A stretch of DNA of 18,339 bases from a virus. Numbering within the stretch: position 1 is the first letter of the stretch; every line of letters starts with the position of its first letter. Positions 1 through 7,428 of the stretch are shown piece by piece. The stretch is taken from UHGV virus genome UHGV-0075702, one strand, 5' to 3'. The position numbers were made by a program, and so were the translations under genes. A model generated the notes under the pieces. That model was not told the DNA's origin. It ran no database searches and was given only the letters and a program-made list of their open reading frames with translations.

Positions 1-719
1 TCACATCCGTGGTTACCCTCCTGCGGCGGTTCTGGTAGCCGCATCCAGTGAGTTGCTTGCTCAATACCATTACCCGGCTTAATCGTTGCATCTCCGCGCC
101 GAAAGGTGCTTCCGGTATAGCGTGCGGAGCATATTAGCGCTTCAACCAGAGAGCTATCGAAATTCACCGAAATAAGCACGTTCTGGCCCTTTTCAGGCAT
201 TCGATCACTACAGCTTATCCAACTATCCGGAGTTCCCGGAGAGTTGCCATTTACATCGAAGTTTGGCTCTGCGTCCTGAACCAGGAGGATGTAACCATTC
301 TTGGCAGTATCAAGTTCTAACGCCTCGGTGACGGTGCCGAAATAGCGATTACCTAAATCAGCATCACAAGTGCTTACATCAATGGAAACTTCCATGCCTT
401 CGATTAATTCTGGCAAGTTGTAAGTTTGGTTTACAGGTTGGCCTCCCTGAAGCATGGCGGCGCGGTGACACCAGATAATCCAGCCAAGCGCCATATCCCA
501 TGCCATGTATTCTCTATCGCCATTTTTCGCCCTGCGGCGATCTACAGATTCCCCGAAACGCTTCTCCATAAATAATTCATAGGCTGCTCGTTCATCCGAT
601 ACTGCTGCCAGTGATGCCAGTGCAATTCGTGCCAGTTCCATTTGTTCGCCACGGGTAAGCCCGTTTTCAAGCGGATTTTTAATGAATAATTCGATACGTT
701 CTTTGGTAATAGAATTCAT
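1..719 (-). CDS. Eaa-like phage protein with DUF551-type C-terminal region; 3' end cut by window edge
   Basis: Minus-strand ORF from ATG at 719..717 (MNSITKERIELF...) stays open to position 1. Translation near the window edge contains W-M-R-L-P-E-P-P, resembling the conserved W-x-P-LPEPP motif I associate with DUF551/Eaa proteins. Absent from the ORF track because no stop lies inside the window. Confidence 0.55.
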   Translation of the reverse strand, partial: MNSITKERIELFIKNPLENGLTRGEQMELARIALASLAAVSDERAAYELFMEKRFGESVDRRRAKNGDREYMAWDMALGWIIWCHRAAMLQGGQPVNQTYNLPELIEGMEVSIDVSTCDADLGNRYFGTVTEALELDTAKNGYILLVQDAEPNFDVNGNSPGTPDSWISCSDRMPEKGQNVLISVNFDSSLVEALICSARYTGSTFRRGDATIKPGNGIEQATHWMRLPEPPQEGNHGC

Positions 720-720
720 G

Positions 721-912
721 CTATTTCACCTTAATCTCAACATTTCGTAGCTTTAGCTCTACTGGCAGGTCTGACTTTCCGGTTAATGCTAATGCGAGAT
801 TTTCTGGAGTAATGAGAGCCGTTATTGTTTTCCCCATCGACAGACGAATAATCATTCGTATCTCGCGATCGTCACATGCTCCCGGTCGAACAATTGAGAT
901 TTGTCCGTTCAT
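721..912 (-). CDS. small hypothetical protein (63 aa)
   Basis: Internal ATG of track ORF 721..993, preceded by AGGAGAG. Its ATG sits 1 nt after the TGA stop of the upstream Ea22-like gene, suggesting translational coupling. No recognisable family. Confidence 0.4.
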   Translation of the reverse strand: MNGQISIVRPGACDDREIRMIIRLSMGKTITALITPENLALALTGKSDLPVELKLRNVEIKVK

Positions 913-913
913 C

Positions 914-1504
914 TCACTCTCCTTTGATGCGAATGCCAGCGGCGCGTGGCACATTAACTTCCACGATGCGCACAGTTGGTTTGTACATCTCAATCGCTGT
1001 CAGCCAGTCAGCGCCAGTCATGCGCTTTTCCGCATCGCCATTAGTCCACTGAACCGGTACACCAATAGCCTTCATCGCGATTTCTATTTCCCCGGCAATG
1101 GCGCTTTTTCCGCAACCAGTAAAACCAGAAACAACGACAAGAACTTCACCTTTGGCTGGTTTTATTTCCCGTGCTTCCAGTTCTGCAATACGCTTACTCC
1201 CATCCGAGATAACACCTTCGTAATACTCGCGTTGCTCGTTGAGTTTTGATTTTGCTTCCTCAAGCTCAACACGCAGCTTCCCTACCGTTAGCGCAATATC
1301 CTCGTTCTCCTGGTCGCGGCGTTTGATGTATTGCTGGTTTCTTTCCCGTTCATCCAGTAGTGCCAGCACTGTGGCGGGAGTGCAATGCTTCATAAAGTCG
1401 TTCAGCGCAGTGATTCGCTGGTCGAACGGCATAACCGGTTCCTCTCCAGCGATTTTTGCGTTCGCTGCCGCTTCTCGCAGCGCCTGTTTGTCAATCTCGC
1501 TCAT
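914..1504 (-). CDS. Ead/Ea22-like early-left protein (coiled-coil rich)
   Basis: 196-aa ORF with AGGAGG RBS 5 nt before the ATG. Charged, heptad-like sequence and position match recalled Ea22-like proteins of lambdoid phages. Confidence 0.6.
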   Translation of the reverse strand: MSEIDKQALREAAANAKIAGEEPVMPFDQRITALNDFMKHCTPATVLALLDERERNQQYIKRRDQENEDIALTVGKLRVELEEAKSKLNEQREYYEGVISDGSKRIAELEAREIKPAKGEVLVVVSGFTGCGKSAIAGEIEIAMKAIGVPVQWTNGDAEKRMTGADWLTAIEMYKPTVRIVEVNVPRAAGIRIKGE

Positions 1505-1745
1505 TGGTTGCCTCCTGTTTTTCTGCCTTCAACACCATGCGAGAACCATCATCCAGCTCCCACGCGATCTCACCACCTTCAGCCATGACCAGTTGCCACA
1601 CCAATTGAGCAGCCTCATTGGTAACATCACGACCTGGATCATTGCCAACGCGCATACGCCCACCTTCAACATCGCGCATTTTTGCCAGCATGATAGTTTT
1701 TGATAGCGGTGAAAAACCAAGCTGTAGTCGTGCTGAATTACTCAC
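1491..1745 (-). CDS. hypothetical protein (84 aa)
   Basis: GTG start at 1745 with strong AAGGAGG RBS 6 nt upstream, overlapping the TGA of the upstream gene (GTGA). The track ORF 1491..1766 starts at an upstream GTG without an RBS. Confidence 0.45.
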   Translation of the reverse strand: MSNSARLQLGFSPLSKTIMLAKMRDVEGGRMRVGNDPGRDVTNEAAQLVWQLVMAEGGEIAWELDDGSRMVLKAEKQEATNERD

Positions 1746-1927
1746 TGGTTGCCTCCTTTGCGCCACATCGCATTCAGATATTTGTTTTGATTCACTGAAG
1801 GAAAAGAATTTCTCTTAAGCAATTCCTCTCTCGATGGCATTGGCTTTACGCGTTGGCGAATAATCATTTCTGCCGGAAGAATACCGGGATTGTATGCAAG
1901 TCCTCTCATGGTAAATTCCTCAGTCAT
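1742..1927 (-). CDS. hypothetical protein (61 aa)
   Basis: Internal ATG of track ORF 1742..2062, forming an ATGA start/stop overlap with the upstream 98-aa gene. Part of a chain of coupled small genes. Confidence 0.4.
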   Translation of the reverse strand: MTEEFTMRGLAYNPGILPAEMIIRQRVKPMPSREELLKRNSFPSVNQNKYLNAMWRKGGNQ

Positions 1928-2216
1928 TACTGATAGCGCCATAGCGTGAGCGGTAATTACGCAGGCGCGGGTCGATATATTCAGGGAAGTGGGTATATGT
2001 GGCTTTGCGGAATGGTCGGATTGATGTCTGGTAAATTCGCTCTCGTTCTTCTTTCTCTGCAAGCCATATACAGTGGCGAAATTCTTTTTCCTCTTTCGTT
2101 TCCTGCGGTAGTGACATTATCCGATCGTAGTTTCTTCTGAATTTATCCAGCACCTCCGATACGGAATTGCCGGAACAGCGGCGCGGGTCATCCGCACCAT
2201 ACAGAGGCGCTGGCAT
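1920..2216 (-). CDS. hypothetical protein (98 aa) directly downstream of ssb; possibly an anti-RecBCD (Abc-like) function by position only
   Basis: ORF with AAGGA RBS. Abc-like role is suggested only by its place after erf-ssb; no sequence recognition. Confidence 0.45.
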   Translation of the reverse strand: MPAPLYGADDPRRCSGNSVSEVLDKFRRNYDRIMSLPQETKEEKEFRHCIWLAEKEERERIYQTSIRPFRKATYTHFPEYIDPRLRNYRSRYGAISND

Positions 2217-2239
2217 AATGGAATCCTTATTTTGCTAAT

Positions 2240-2623
2240 TTAGAAGGGAATTGAATCGTCGTATTCAGGAAGATTTTGATGATTGTTACTTTGTTGCTGT
2301 TGGCTGTTTCCTGAAGTTGCAAATCCAATCTTTGCATTCAGTAATTCAAGAGTGATTGATTGACCATTTTGCCCCTGATAAACATCAACCCTGATGTTTT
2401 CTCCGGTAATTTCCACAATTCCACCTTCAACCAGAACGCTACGATAGTAATCCGCTTGCGCTCCCGGCTTGGCAAATACAACGGCGCTGTAGTTTGTCCA
2501 TTCTTTCTTTTTTGTCTGGCGATCGTAATACTGAACGCCAGCACGGATGTTGAATCCGATATTTTCCCCGGCCTGAAACTCTCTTGCGGGTTTGTTTAGT
2601 CTTACTGTAATCGAATGTGCCAT
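2240..2623 (-). CDS. ssb: single-stranded DNA-binding protein (SSB)
   Basis: Internal ATG (MAHSITVRLNK...) overlaps the erf stop (TAATG). Acidic C-terminal tail ...LPEYDDSIPF matches the SSB D-D-D-I-P-F tail. Confidence 0.8.
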   Translation of the reverse strand: MAHSITVRLNKPAREFQAGENIGFNIRAGVQYYDRQTKKKEWTNYSAVVFAKPGAQADYYRSVLVEGGIVEITGENIRVDVYQGQNGQSITLELLNAKIGFATSGNSQQQQSNNHQNLPEYDDSIPF

Positions 2624-3228
2624 TAAGCAGTTGCCCCTTCTAATTCGTCTCGTCTGATGTTGTAAACGTCCTGCGCTTTGTGCTGCTCCGGCGTCCCTTC
2701 GAGCATCTTCCACGCTTTGGCGAACGCCTGTTTAAGCTCTTCTACGGTGTTTTTCTGCATTGCTGCGTCAGTGAATGCTTTTAGAACCTGTTCAGGTGTA
2801 AGTGATGGTTTTGATTGCTTTGCTGCTGCGTTCTGCTGATGTTTATGCTCGTCTGTATCTGCATCTTTCGCATCATCAATGCCGAACAAACCATTGAGGC
2901 AATACTTGCGCGCATAAGAACTTGTAGCTCCAGTAACTTGTGCAGAATCCATTCCTTTCTTGCTTTCTTCCTCTCTTGCGAGAGCGGTTGCCGTATGGCG
3001 GTTTTCGCCATCGGTAATAGTTGCCGTGGCTTTCACATAATACCGATCACCAATCAACACAACTTCATCGCTGATTGATAAAAACAGGCCATTCAGTAAC
3101 GGCTTAACGCCTTCAAGAATGTCTTCGCAGCTTCTGTATTTATATTTACCGAATGAGTTGTACTGATTCTTTGGCGCGTTCAGATTCTCCTGAATAGCTG
3201 CCAGTCTTGCATAAAATTCTTTGCTCAT
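2623..3228 (-). CDS. erf: ERF-family single-strand annealing recombinase (P22 Erf-like)
   Basis: Translation MSKEFYARLAAIQENLNAPKNQYNSFGKYKYRSCEDILEGVKPLL... closely matches my recollection of P22 Erf. Start chosen at the internal ATG (3228), 11 nt after the stop of the upstream small ORF. Confidence 0.8.
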   Translation of the reverse strand: MSKEFYARLAAIQENLNAPKNQYNSFGKYKYRSCEDILEGVKPLLNGLFLSISDEVVLIGDRYYVKATATITDGENRHTATALAREEESKKGMDSAQVTGATSSYARKYCLNGLFGIDDAKDADTDEHKHQQNAAAKQSKPSLTPEQVLKAFTDAAMQKNTVEELKQAFAKAWKMLEGTPEQHKAQDVYNIRRDELEGATA

Positions 3229-3238
3229 ATGTTTGTTC

Positions 3239-3409
3239 TCAGAATGGACATGGCCCAAGGAAATAACGCTGATTTAATACTTCAGTCTTTGCCGCATTTA
3301 AAAATACGCGAACACCTTCACGATCTCCCTTCTGGCGATACATTAACGCCTGCTGCGTGTACATGCGTCTCTGTAACTTGCTCTCCTTCACTGTGGTTGC
3401 AAGTGACAT
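3239..3409 (-). CDS. small ORF (56 aa, MSLATTVKESKLQRR...)
   Basis: Not in ORF track (under 60 aa). AGGAGA RBS 7 nt before the ATG; stops 11 nt before erf. Overlaps the next feature in another frame, so only one may be real. Confidence 0.35.
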   Translation of the reverse strand: MSLATTVKESKLQRRMYTQQALMYRQKGDREGVRVFLNAAKTEVLNQRYFLGPCPF

Positions 3410-3488
3410 GAATATCTCCTTCGTTACCGATTAATTCTTTCATCTGACGAATGAATTCTTCGTCTGACCAGCTATCTGTAAAACTCAT
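3318..3488 (-). CDS. small ORF in the arf position (56 aa, MSFTDSWSDEEFIRQMKEL...)
   Basis: ATG overlaps the kil stop (ATGA). The first ~27 residues look protein-like; the tail looks less so. Overlaps feature 3239..3409 by about 90 nt. Confidence 0.3.
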   Translation of the reverse strand: MSFTDSWSDEEFIRQMKELIGNEGDIHVTCNHSEGEQVTETHVHAAGVNVSPEGRS

Positions 3489-3637
3489 TTCCTGCGATAC
3501 CACGGAAGGTTGATAGCTGATTTCATCGCTTTATTTGCTTCAAGCCACATTTTGGAATCACCAATAAATCTGGCTATTACTGCTTTGTTTTGTGCTGCAC
3601 GAAGCATCTGGTGATTGATGGCTATTTCATTGCGCAT
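3485..3637 (-). CDS. kil: Kil-like host cell-division inhibitor (50 aa)
   Basis: Not in ORF track. Translation MRNEIAINHQMLRAAQNKAVIARFIGDSKMWLEANKAMKSAINLPWYRRK; the FIGD-xKM core and the position between cIII and erf fit recalled Kil proteins. Start overlaps the cIII 3' end. Confidence 0.5.
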   Translation of the reverse strand: MRNEIAINHQMLRAAQNKAVIARFIGDSKMWLEANKAMKSAINLPWYRRK

Positions 3638-3753
3638 AATAAGACCTCAACTCTTTTCCATCCGTCACGTAATTTACGGGTGATTCGTTCAAGTAAAGAT
3701 TCATTTAGTTGGAAGGCACCCATGCGAGCGCCTCCCGCGATTGCGTAAATCAT
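3622..3753 (-). CDS. cIII: CIII protein (FtsH inhibitor that stabilises CII), 43 aa
   Basis: Not in ORF track. Translation MIYAIAGGARMGAFQLNESLLERITRKLRDGWKRVEVLLCAMK contains ESLLERITRKLRDGWKR, which matches the lambda CIII central helix as I recall it. AAGGAA RBS present. Confidence 0.8.
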   Translation of the reverse strand: MIYAIAGGARMGAFQLNESLLERITRKLRDGWKRVEVLLCAMK

Positions 3754-3777
3754 GGGTGGTTCCTTATGTTGGTTTTA

Positions 3778-4745
3778 TTAGTAGGTTATTTTTGTTGCGA
3801 ATACTTCGCCTTTTACGATGGCTGTTATGATATTTTTAGCAACATCTTCTGATGCGCCAACCTTGATAAGGTCAGCAAGTATTTTGTTATTTACTTCTTT
3901 CCGGTGAGCTTTATCCTTTGCTCTACGCTCTTCTTCTTCCTTGATTCTTTTTTCTTCTGCTATTCTGGCTTGCTCTTTTGCTTCAGCCTCGCGCCGGATT
4001 CGTTCAGTCTCCTCCTGTGCTTTTCGGCGTTCTGCTTCAATTGCCGCCTGCTTTTCTCTTTCAGCTCGTTCTGCTGCCTCTTTTGCTTCGCGCTGTGCTC
4101 GTTGCTCGGCTTCAATGCGTTCACGCTCTGCACGTTCCGCTGCGGCCTTAGCTTCTGCTTCTCGCCTTGCTGCTGCTTCAATTTCGGCTTTTGCCTTTGC
4201 TTCGGCTTCTGCTCTGGCTTTCTCTTCAGCTTCTCTTTTTAAGCGTTCTTCATGCTCTCGCTTTTCCTGCTCCGCTTTGAGTCTTGCCTCTTCTCTTTGG
4301 CGGTCAAATTCGCGATCCATCAAAATCGCTATTTCATGGTCAGACTCAATTTGCTTTGCGAGAGCTTCAGCTGCTGCCTTAGCTTCTTCTTCGGCTTTAA
4401 TCCGCGCCTGTTCCTCCTCATAATCAGTAAGAGGCTGGCGAGCCTTGCTTTCAGTTCATCAAGGCGATCGCGCACTGTCTTGCGGTTGGCATCAATTAGC
4501 TTTGGAATTTCCTTCAGTTCAGCAACAAGGTCTTTGCCAAGACCATCGAGATATGTTTTCGTCTGCGCAACTTTATACGCCAGAGAAGCGATCTCCTTTC
4601 TGCCCTTTGCCGTTGTGATATCAGGCACAAAGGACATAACTTCACGTTCAACCTTTTGGAGAATTTCTTCAATCTGGTCGGCAGACTGAAATACAGTCAT
4701 TGCATTTGCTTTTTCAATAACAACTAAATCTGTTACTTCACTCAT
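3778..4745 (-). pseudogene. frameshift-interrupted gene: N-terminal domain (4329..4745) plus Ala/Glu/Arg/Lys-rich TolA-like repeat and C-terminal domain (3778..4323); pseudogene, sequencing error or frameshifting not distinguishable
   Basis: Two track ORFs abut. The downstream frame stays open upstream to about 4455 and reads as plausible protein (LTDYEEEQARIKAEEEAKAAAEALAKQIESDHE...), while the tail of the upstream frame (RLASLLLIMRRNRRGLKPKKK...) looks like out-of-frame junk. GGAGG RBS before the ATG at 4745. Confidence 0.5.
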
Positions 4746-4759
4746 ATATATCCTCCGTC

Positions 4760-4786
4760 AAAAAAATTGCCCTCACACTGGAGGGC
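4760..4786 (-). terminator. intrinsic terminator-like hairpin inside the pL operon
   Basis: On the minus strand, GCCCTC-cagtgt-GAGGGC followed by AA and a run of 7 T, ending about 15 nt upstream of the ATG at 4745. Confidence 0.55.
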
Positions 4787-4879
4787 AAAGAAGATTTCCA
4801 ATAATCAGAACAAGTCGGCTCCTGTTTAGTTACGAGCGACATTGCTCACATAGCAGACTCGCAAATCTGCTATAGGTGC

Positions 4880-5038
4880 TTATTCGCATCGCATGACAAC
4901 ATCAAATTTTTCGAGATTACTTTGTCGCAACAATCCTTCTTCGACGCGGTCAGCTTTTCTATAATTATCAAATTCGAAATGTTTAATTACTTCTTTCGTT
5001 TCTCGCTCTATAACTTCAACGATGTATTTCTTATTCAT
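4880..5038 (-). CDS. small ORF (52 aa, MNKKYIVEVIERETKEV...)
   Basis: Not in ORF track. ATG overlaps the TAA of the upstream 89-aa gene (TAATG). No family recognised. Confidence 0.3.
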   Translation of the reverse strand: MNKKYIVEVIERETKEVIKHFEFDNYRKADRVEEGLLRQSNLEKFDVVMRCE

Positions 5039-5307
5039 TACTCATCACCTATGGCTTTTTTGATAGCTTCGCGAGCCTTATTAACAGCTCCATACCATTC
5101 TGGATATGTTGTCGTTGTTCTATTTTCGGCTTGCTTAAGTAATAACTGAAGTGCTTCAAGTAAATCCGGTGCAGCCATAGCTAATCTTCCATTTGCTACG
5201 GCCTCTTCTGTTTCTTTACCGGATAGGGCCATTCCCGGGTGTGAAAATAAAATTAAGCCTGCAAAATTGGCTTCTCGCCAATTTTTCCTAGTACCTTTAA
5301 ATTCCAT
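5038..5307 (-). CDS. hypothetical protein (89 aa)
   Basis: Track ORF with weak RBS. No family recognised. Confidence 0.4.
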   Translation of the reverse strand: MEFKGTRKNWREANFAGLILFSHPGMALSGKETEEAVANGRLAMAAPDLLEALQLLLKQAENRTTTTYPEWYGAVNKAREAIKKAIGDE

Positions 5308-5346
5308 GTTAGTCTCTGTTGTTTATGCCAAAAATAAAGGCCACCA

Positions 5347-5547
5347 TTAGGCAGCCTTGTTGTTCTGTTTACCAAGTTCTCTGGCAATCATTGCCGTCGT
5401 TCGTATTGCCCATTTATCGACATATTTCCCATCTTCCATTACAGGAAACATTTCTTCAGGCTTAACCATGCATTCCGATTGCAGCTTGCATCCATTGCAT
5501 CGCTTGAATTGTCCACACCATTGATTTGTATCAATAGTCGTAGTCAT
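5347..5547 (-). CDS. small Cys-rich protein (66 aa, C-x5-C-x2-C-x5-C); possibly Ral-like by position and size only
   Basis: Track ORF with four cysteines at residues 11, 17, 20 and 26. Sits where lambda carries ral downstream of N. Its ATG overlaps the end of the acidic mini-ORF. Confidence 0.45.
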   Translation of the reverse strand: MTTTIDTNQWCGQFKRCNGCKLQSECMVKPEEMFPVMEDGKYVDKWAIRTTAMIARELGKQNNKAA

Positions 5548-5617
5548 ACGGATAGTCCTGGTACTGTTCCATCACATCCTGCGGATGCTCTTCGAACTCT
5601 TCAAATTCTTCTTCCAT
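5531..5617 (-). CDS. tiny acidic ORF (28 aa, MEEEFEEFEEHPQDVMEQYQDYPYDYDY)
   Basis: Not in ORF track. GGTGA Shine-Dalgarno 4 nt before the ATG, immediately after the N stop. Expression is unverified. Confidence 0.25.
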   Translation of the reverse strand: MEEEFEEFEEHPQDVMEQYQDYPYDYDY

Positions 5618-5625
5618 ATCTCACC

Positions 5626-5961
5626 TCAAATAAGTGGTTTGCTGCCTAATTTCATTTTCTGGCGACCAACACAAGTCACACCCATTTCACTGCGTGGCTT
5701 GCGGTAGTAAATACGGTTCTGTTTACTCTCGACTTCTTCTGCCTTCTTGCAGCGAAGGCTTCCGAGTGATATTGCTTTTTCAGAAAGGCTTAAACGCTTT
5801 CTCGGGGCTTCCTGAACAGGTTCCTCACTGTCTGTACTGAAGATCGAATCGATGATGTTGCAGATGGCATCACGCTCGATAGCCAGCTTTCTGCGCCGCT
5901 CATGACGGCGAGTTTTGGCATTTCCTGCAAATGTTGATTTCCCGTACACGATTACCGTCAT
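5626..5961 (-). CDS. N: N-type transcription antitermination protein
   Basis: C-terminus ...GVTCVGRQKMKLGSKPLI resembles lambda N (...GITCSGRQKIKGKSIPLI from memory), with an Arg-rich N-terminus (AKTRRHERRRK). Start taken at the internal ATG with GAGGAAAA RBS. nut-like sites lie upstream. Confidence 0.75.
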   Translation of the reverse strand: MTVIVYGKSTFAGNAKTRRHERRRKLAIERDAICNIIDSIFSTDSEEPVQEAPRKRLSLSEKAISLGSLRCKKAEEVESKQNRIYYRKPRSEMGVTCVGRQKMKLGSKPLI

Positions 5962-6080
5962 GATATTTTCCTCATGTGAAATGGCTTTGGTGGTGATGCG
6001 CCAGATGCTGATCTTCTGGTTGCTGTCGTTGCAGCTGCAATTCACATCACCGCCAAACCCATCTCGTTTGGTATCTGTTT

Positions 6081-6116
6081 GCGCTTTGTCAGCGCCCCAT
6101 CGAAGTTAAAGAGCCT
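6081..6116 (-). promoter_or_regulatory. nutL candidate (boxA plus boxB hairpin)
   Basis: Minus strand reads aGGCTCTTTAAC (boxA-like; consensus CGCTCTTTA), a 9-nt spacer, then GCGCT-GACAA-AGCGC (5-bp stem, 5-nt loop, same architecture as lambda boxB). The same GACAA loop occurs in the nutR candidate. Confidence 0.5.
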
Positions 6117-6149
6117 GCCAATCTGTTCCGTTTGGCTTCCAGCGTCCTG

Positions 6150-6200
6150 CTGATGTGATGATAATGAACCAATAGTTCGATATTATCAAGAACTATTGGT
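6150..6200 (-). promoter_or_regulatory. pL/OL candidate region
   Basis: 10-bp inverted repeat CCAATAGTTC-N11-GAACTATTGG (6166..6196) overlapping a minus-strand TTGATA-N17-CATTAT promoter-like pair. A GTACGAAA motif is shared with the OR region. Confidence 0.3.
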
Positions 6201-6370
6201 ACGAAATTTTTGTGATTTATTAATGCAGCGAGATATGATTTTGATATATAAGGAAATTTATTTTTGTAAATGCTGCAGATTGGTCTGTAGTTGGAGGGAG
6301 TATTGCTGGTGAGTTGGTTCGCGGTTTACCACATTTGCGGCTATTAAATATGGGAGGGCGAACGTGAGGC

Positions 6371-6396
6371 AAAGAAAACCCGGCGCTGAGGCCGGG
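6371..6396 (-). terminator. intrinsic terminator closing the cI-peptidase transcription unit
   Basis: Minus strand: CCCGGC-ctcagc-GCCGGG followed by TTTTCTTT, about 15-30 nt after the stops at 6411/6427. Confidence 0.6.
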
Positions 6397-6410
6397 TTGT
6401 GAGGAATTAA

Positions 6411-6590
6411 TTACAGAGCAAAGAGATCATGCATTAGGTTGCTGTTCATCTGGTGGTTGAATTGATACGGCTCCAATTCCTTCTTGATCTCGTTCAGGTG
6501 TTGTTCCGCTTTTTTTGCCAGATCGTGACCTTCTTGGATCTGGCTTTCCAACATCTTGTTGAGAATTTCCATCTCCGGTTGCAGATTCTT
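6411..6590 (-). CDS. alternative-frame small ORF (59 aa, MPKNLQPEMEILNKMLESQIQEGHDLAKKAEQHLNEIKKELEPYQ...) overlapping the 3' end of the peptidase ORF
   Basis: Part of track ORF 6411..6686. GAGG 9 nt before the ATG; helical-looking sequence with E. coli-preferred codons (ctg, gcg, ccg, aac, atc), whereas the overlapping peptidase frame uses rarer codons. Only one of the two frames is likely coding here. Confidence 0.25.
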   Translation of the reverse strand, partial: KNLQPEMEILNKMLESQIQEGHDLAKKAEQHLNEIKKELEPYQFNHQMNSNLMHDLFAL

Positions 6591-7428
6591 CGGCATTAGC
6601 TTTTTCCTCTTTTTGTAGATACGTTGTACAATCAATAACCCTCGGCTTTCCAAATGTTGGAATGTCACCATTATGAATTTTGTCACAGAAAAGATTATAG
6701 AGTATTTCTGTTATACCTTTAGGATGCTCAACACACTTGAAAAGTTCCTTGGCTTCTTTTCTGTCGATAACAAATCCATGTGAAGGATATGAGGCTATTA
6801 GTTTGCCTAACGCCCCTTCTTTTAGGCTGCTTGGTTTGTCTGCTAATCGTTGGCCATAAGTGATAGCTATACTCATTGCGCGCTGATGTTCACCAAGCTT
6901 TATTGGATCTATCTGTGCGGCCATAGGTGCTATCAACGCTTCTGTAAGTCTGGTCGCGATATCAGCAGACATTTTGGTACTTATCTGATTTTCGTATCTT
7001 ATCTTAACAAGGTGTGAGTTAAACGCTGAAATAGAGCGTTCCTTTAGAGCATCAAGAGCTGTCATGATAGCTAAACCAGAACTCATCTCACCTATTTCAT
7101 CGTTTTTTTTCAGTTGGATATCTAATGGCCCAAGCTCCCCCATGTCACCAATAACAAGTTTATTGGCTGCTATAGCTATTAGTGTACCAGCACTTTTGCA
7201 TGGTCCAACAACTAAAAGTGTTACCGTTTCATAATGGTGCTGTAGAGCTCTACCTATACGATAACCTGCATTTGGATCACCGCCATAAGTAGCAACACAG
7301 AAGATAACATTCTCTTTTAATCCATGTTGTGACTTACGTTTCTTGATTTCATTGGTGAGATCAAGATAACCATCACGATGAATATCGCCTGTATACACAT
7401 AAACATCATGATTTTCAATAGAATTCAT
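6427..7428 (-). CDS. Clp-fold serine peptidase (SDH / SppA-S49-like) at the position lambda uses for rexAB
   Basis: The segment VIFCVATYGGDPNAGYRIGRALQ...LLVVGPCKSAGTLIAIAANKLVIGDMGELGPLDIQ follows the pattern I recall for SDH-family/S49 proteases (...SPGG...ALR...MSGGTLIALAADEIVM...LGPVDPQ). GGGAG RBS. The body from about 6600 to 7428 is visibly AT-rich. The last ~85 codons are low-complexity, so the 3' end is uncertain. Confidence 0.65.
   Translation of the reverse strand: MNSIENHDVYVYTGDIHRDGYLDLTNEIKKRKSQHGLKENVIFCVATYGGDPNAGYRIGRALQHHYETVTLLVVGPCKSAGTLIAIAANKLVIGDMGELGPLDIQLKKNDEIGEMSSGLAIMTALDALKERSISAFNSHLVKIRYENQISTKMSADIATRLTEALIAPMAAQIDPIKLGEHQRAMSIAITYGQRLADKPSSLKEGALGKLIASYPSHGFVIDRKEAKELFKCVEHPKGITEILYNLFCDKIHNGDIPTFGKPRVIDCTTYLQKEEKANAEESATGDGNSQQDVGKPDPRRSRSGKKSGTTPERDQEGIGAVSIQPPDEQQPNA

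Noticed and set aside
812-1703. Plus-strand track ORFs 812..1249, 1239..1703 and 1385..1588
   Set aside because: Antisense to a tightly coupled chain of minus-strand genes with good RBSs; no RBS of their own and Ser/Cys-rich low-complexity translations typical of wrong-strand reads.
3900-4300. Possible CRISPR-like or tandem DNA repeat array
   Set aside because: Periodicity comes from codon-level repetition of a coiled-coil-like coding tract; no repeat-spacer architecture and no cas genes.
3904-4689. Plus-strand ORFs 3904..4242, 3941..4423 and 4252..4689, and minus-strand 3960..4181
   Set aside because: Frame artefacts of the GC-skewed repeat encoding the Ala/Glu/Lys/Arg tract (poly-Ser/Phe/Cys/Leu translations); the minus-strand repeat-containing frame is the coherent one.
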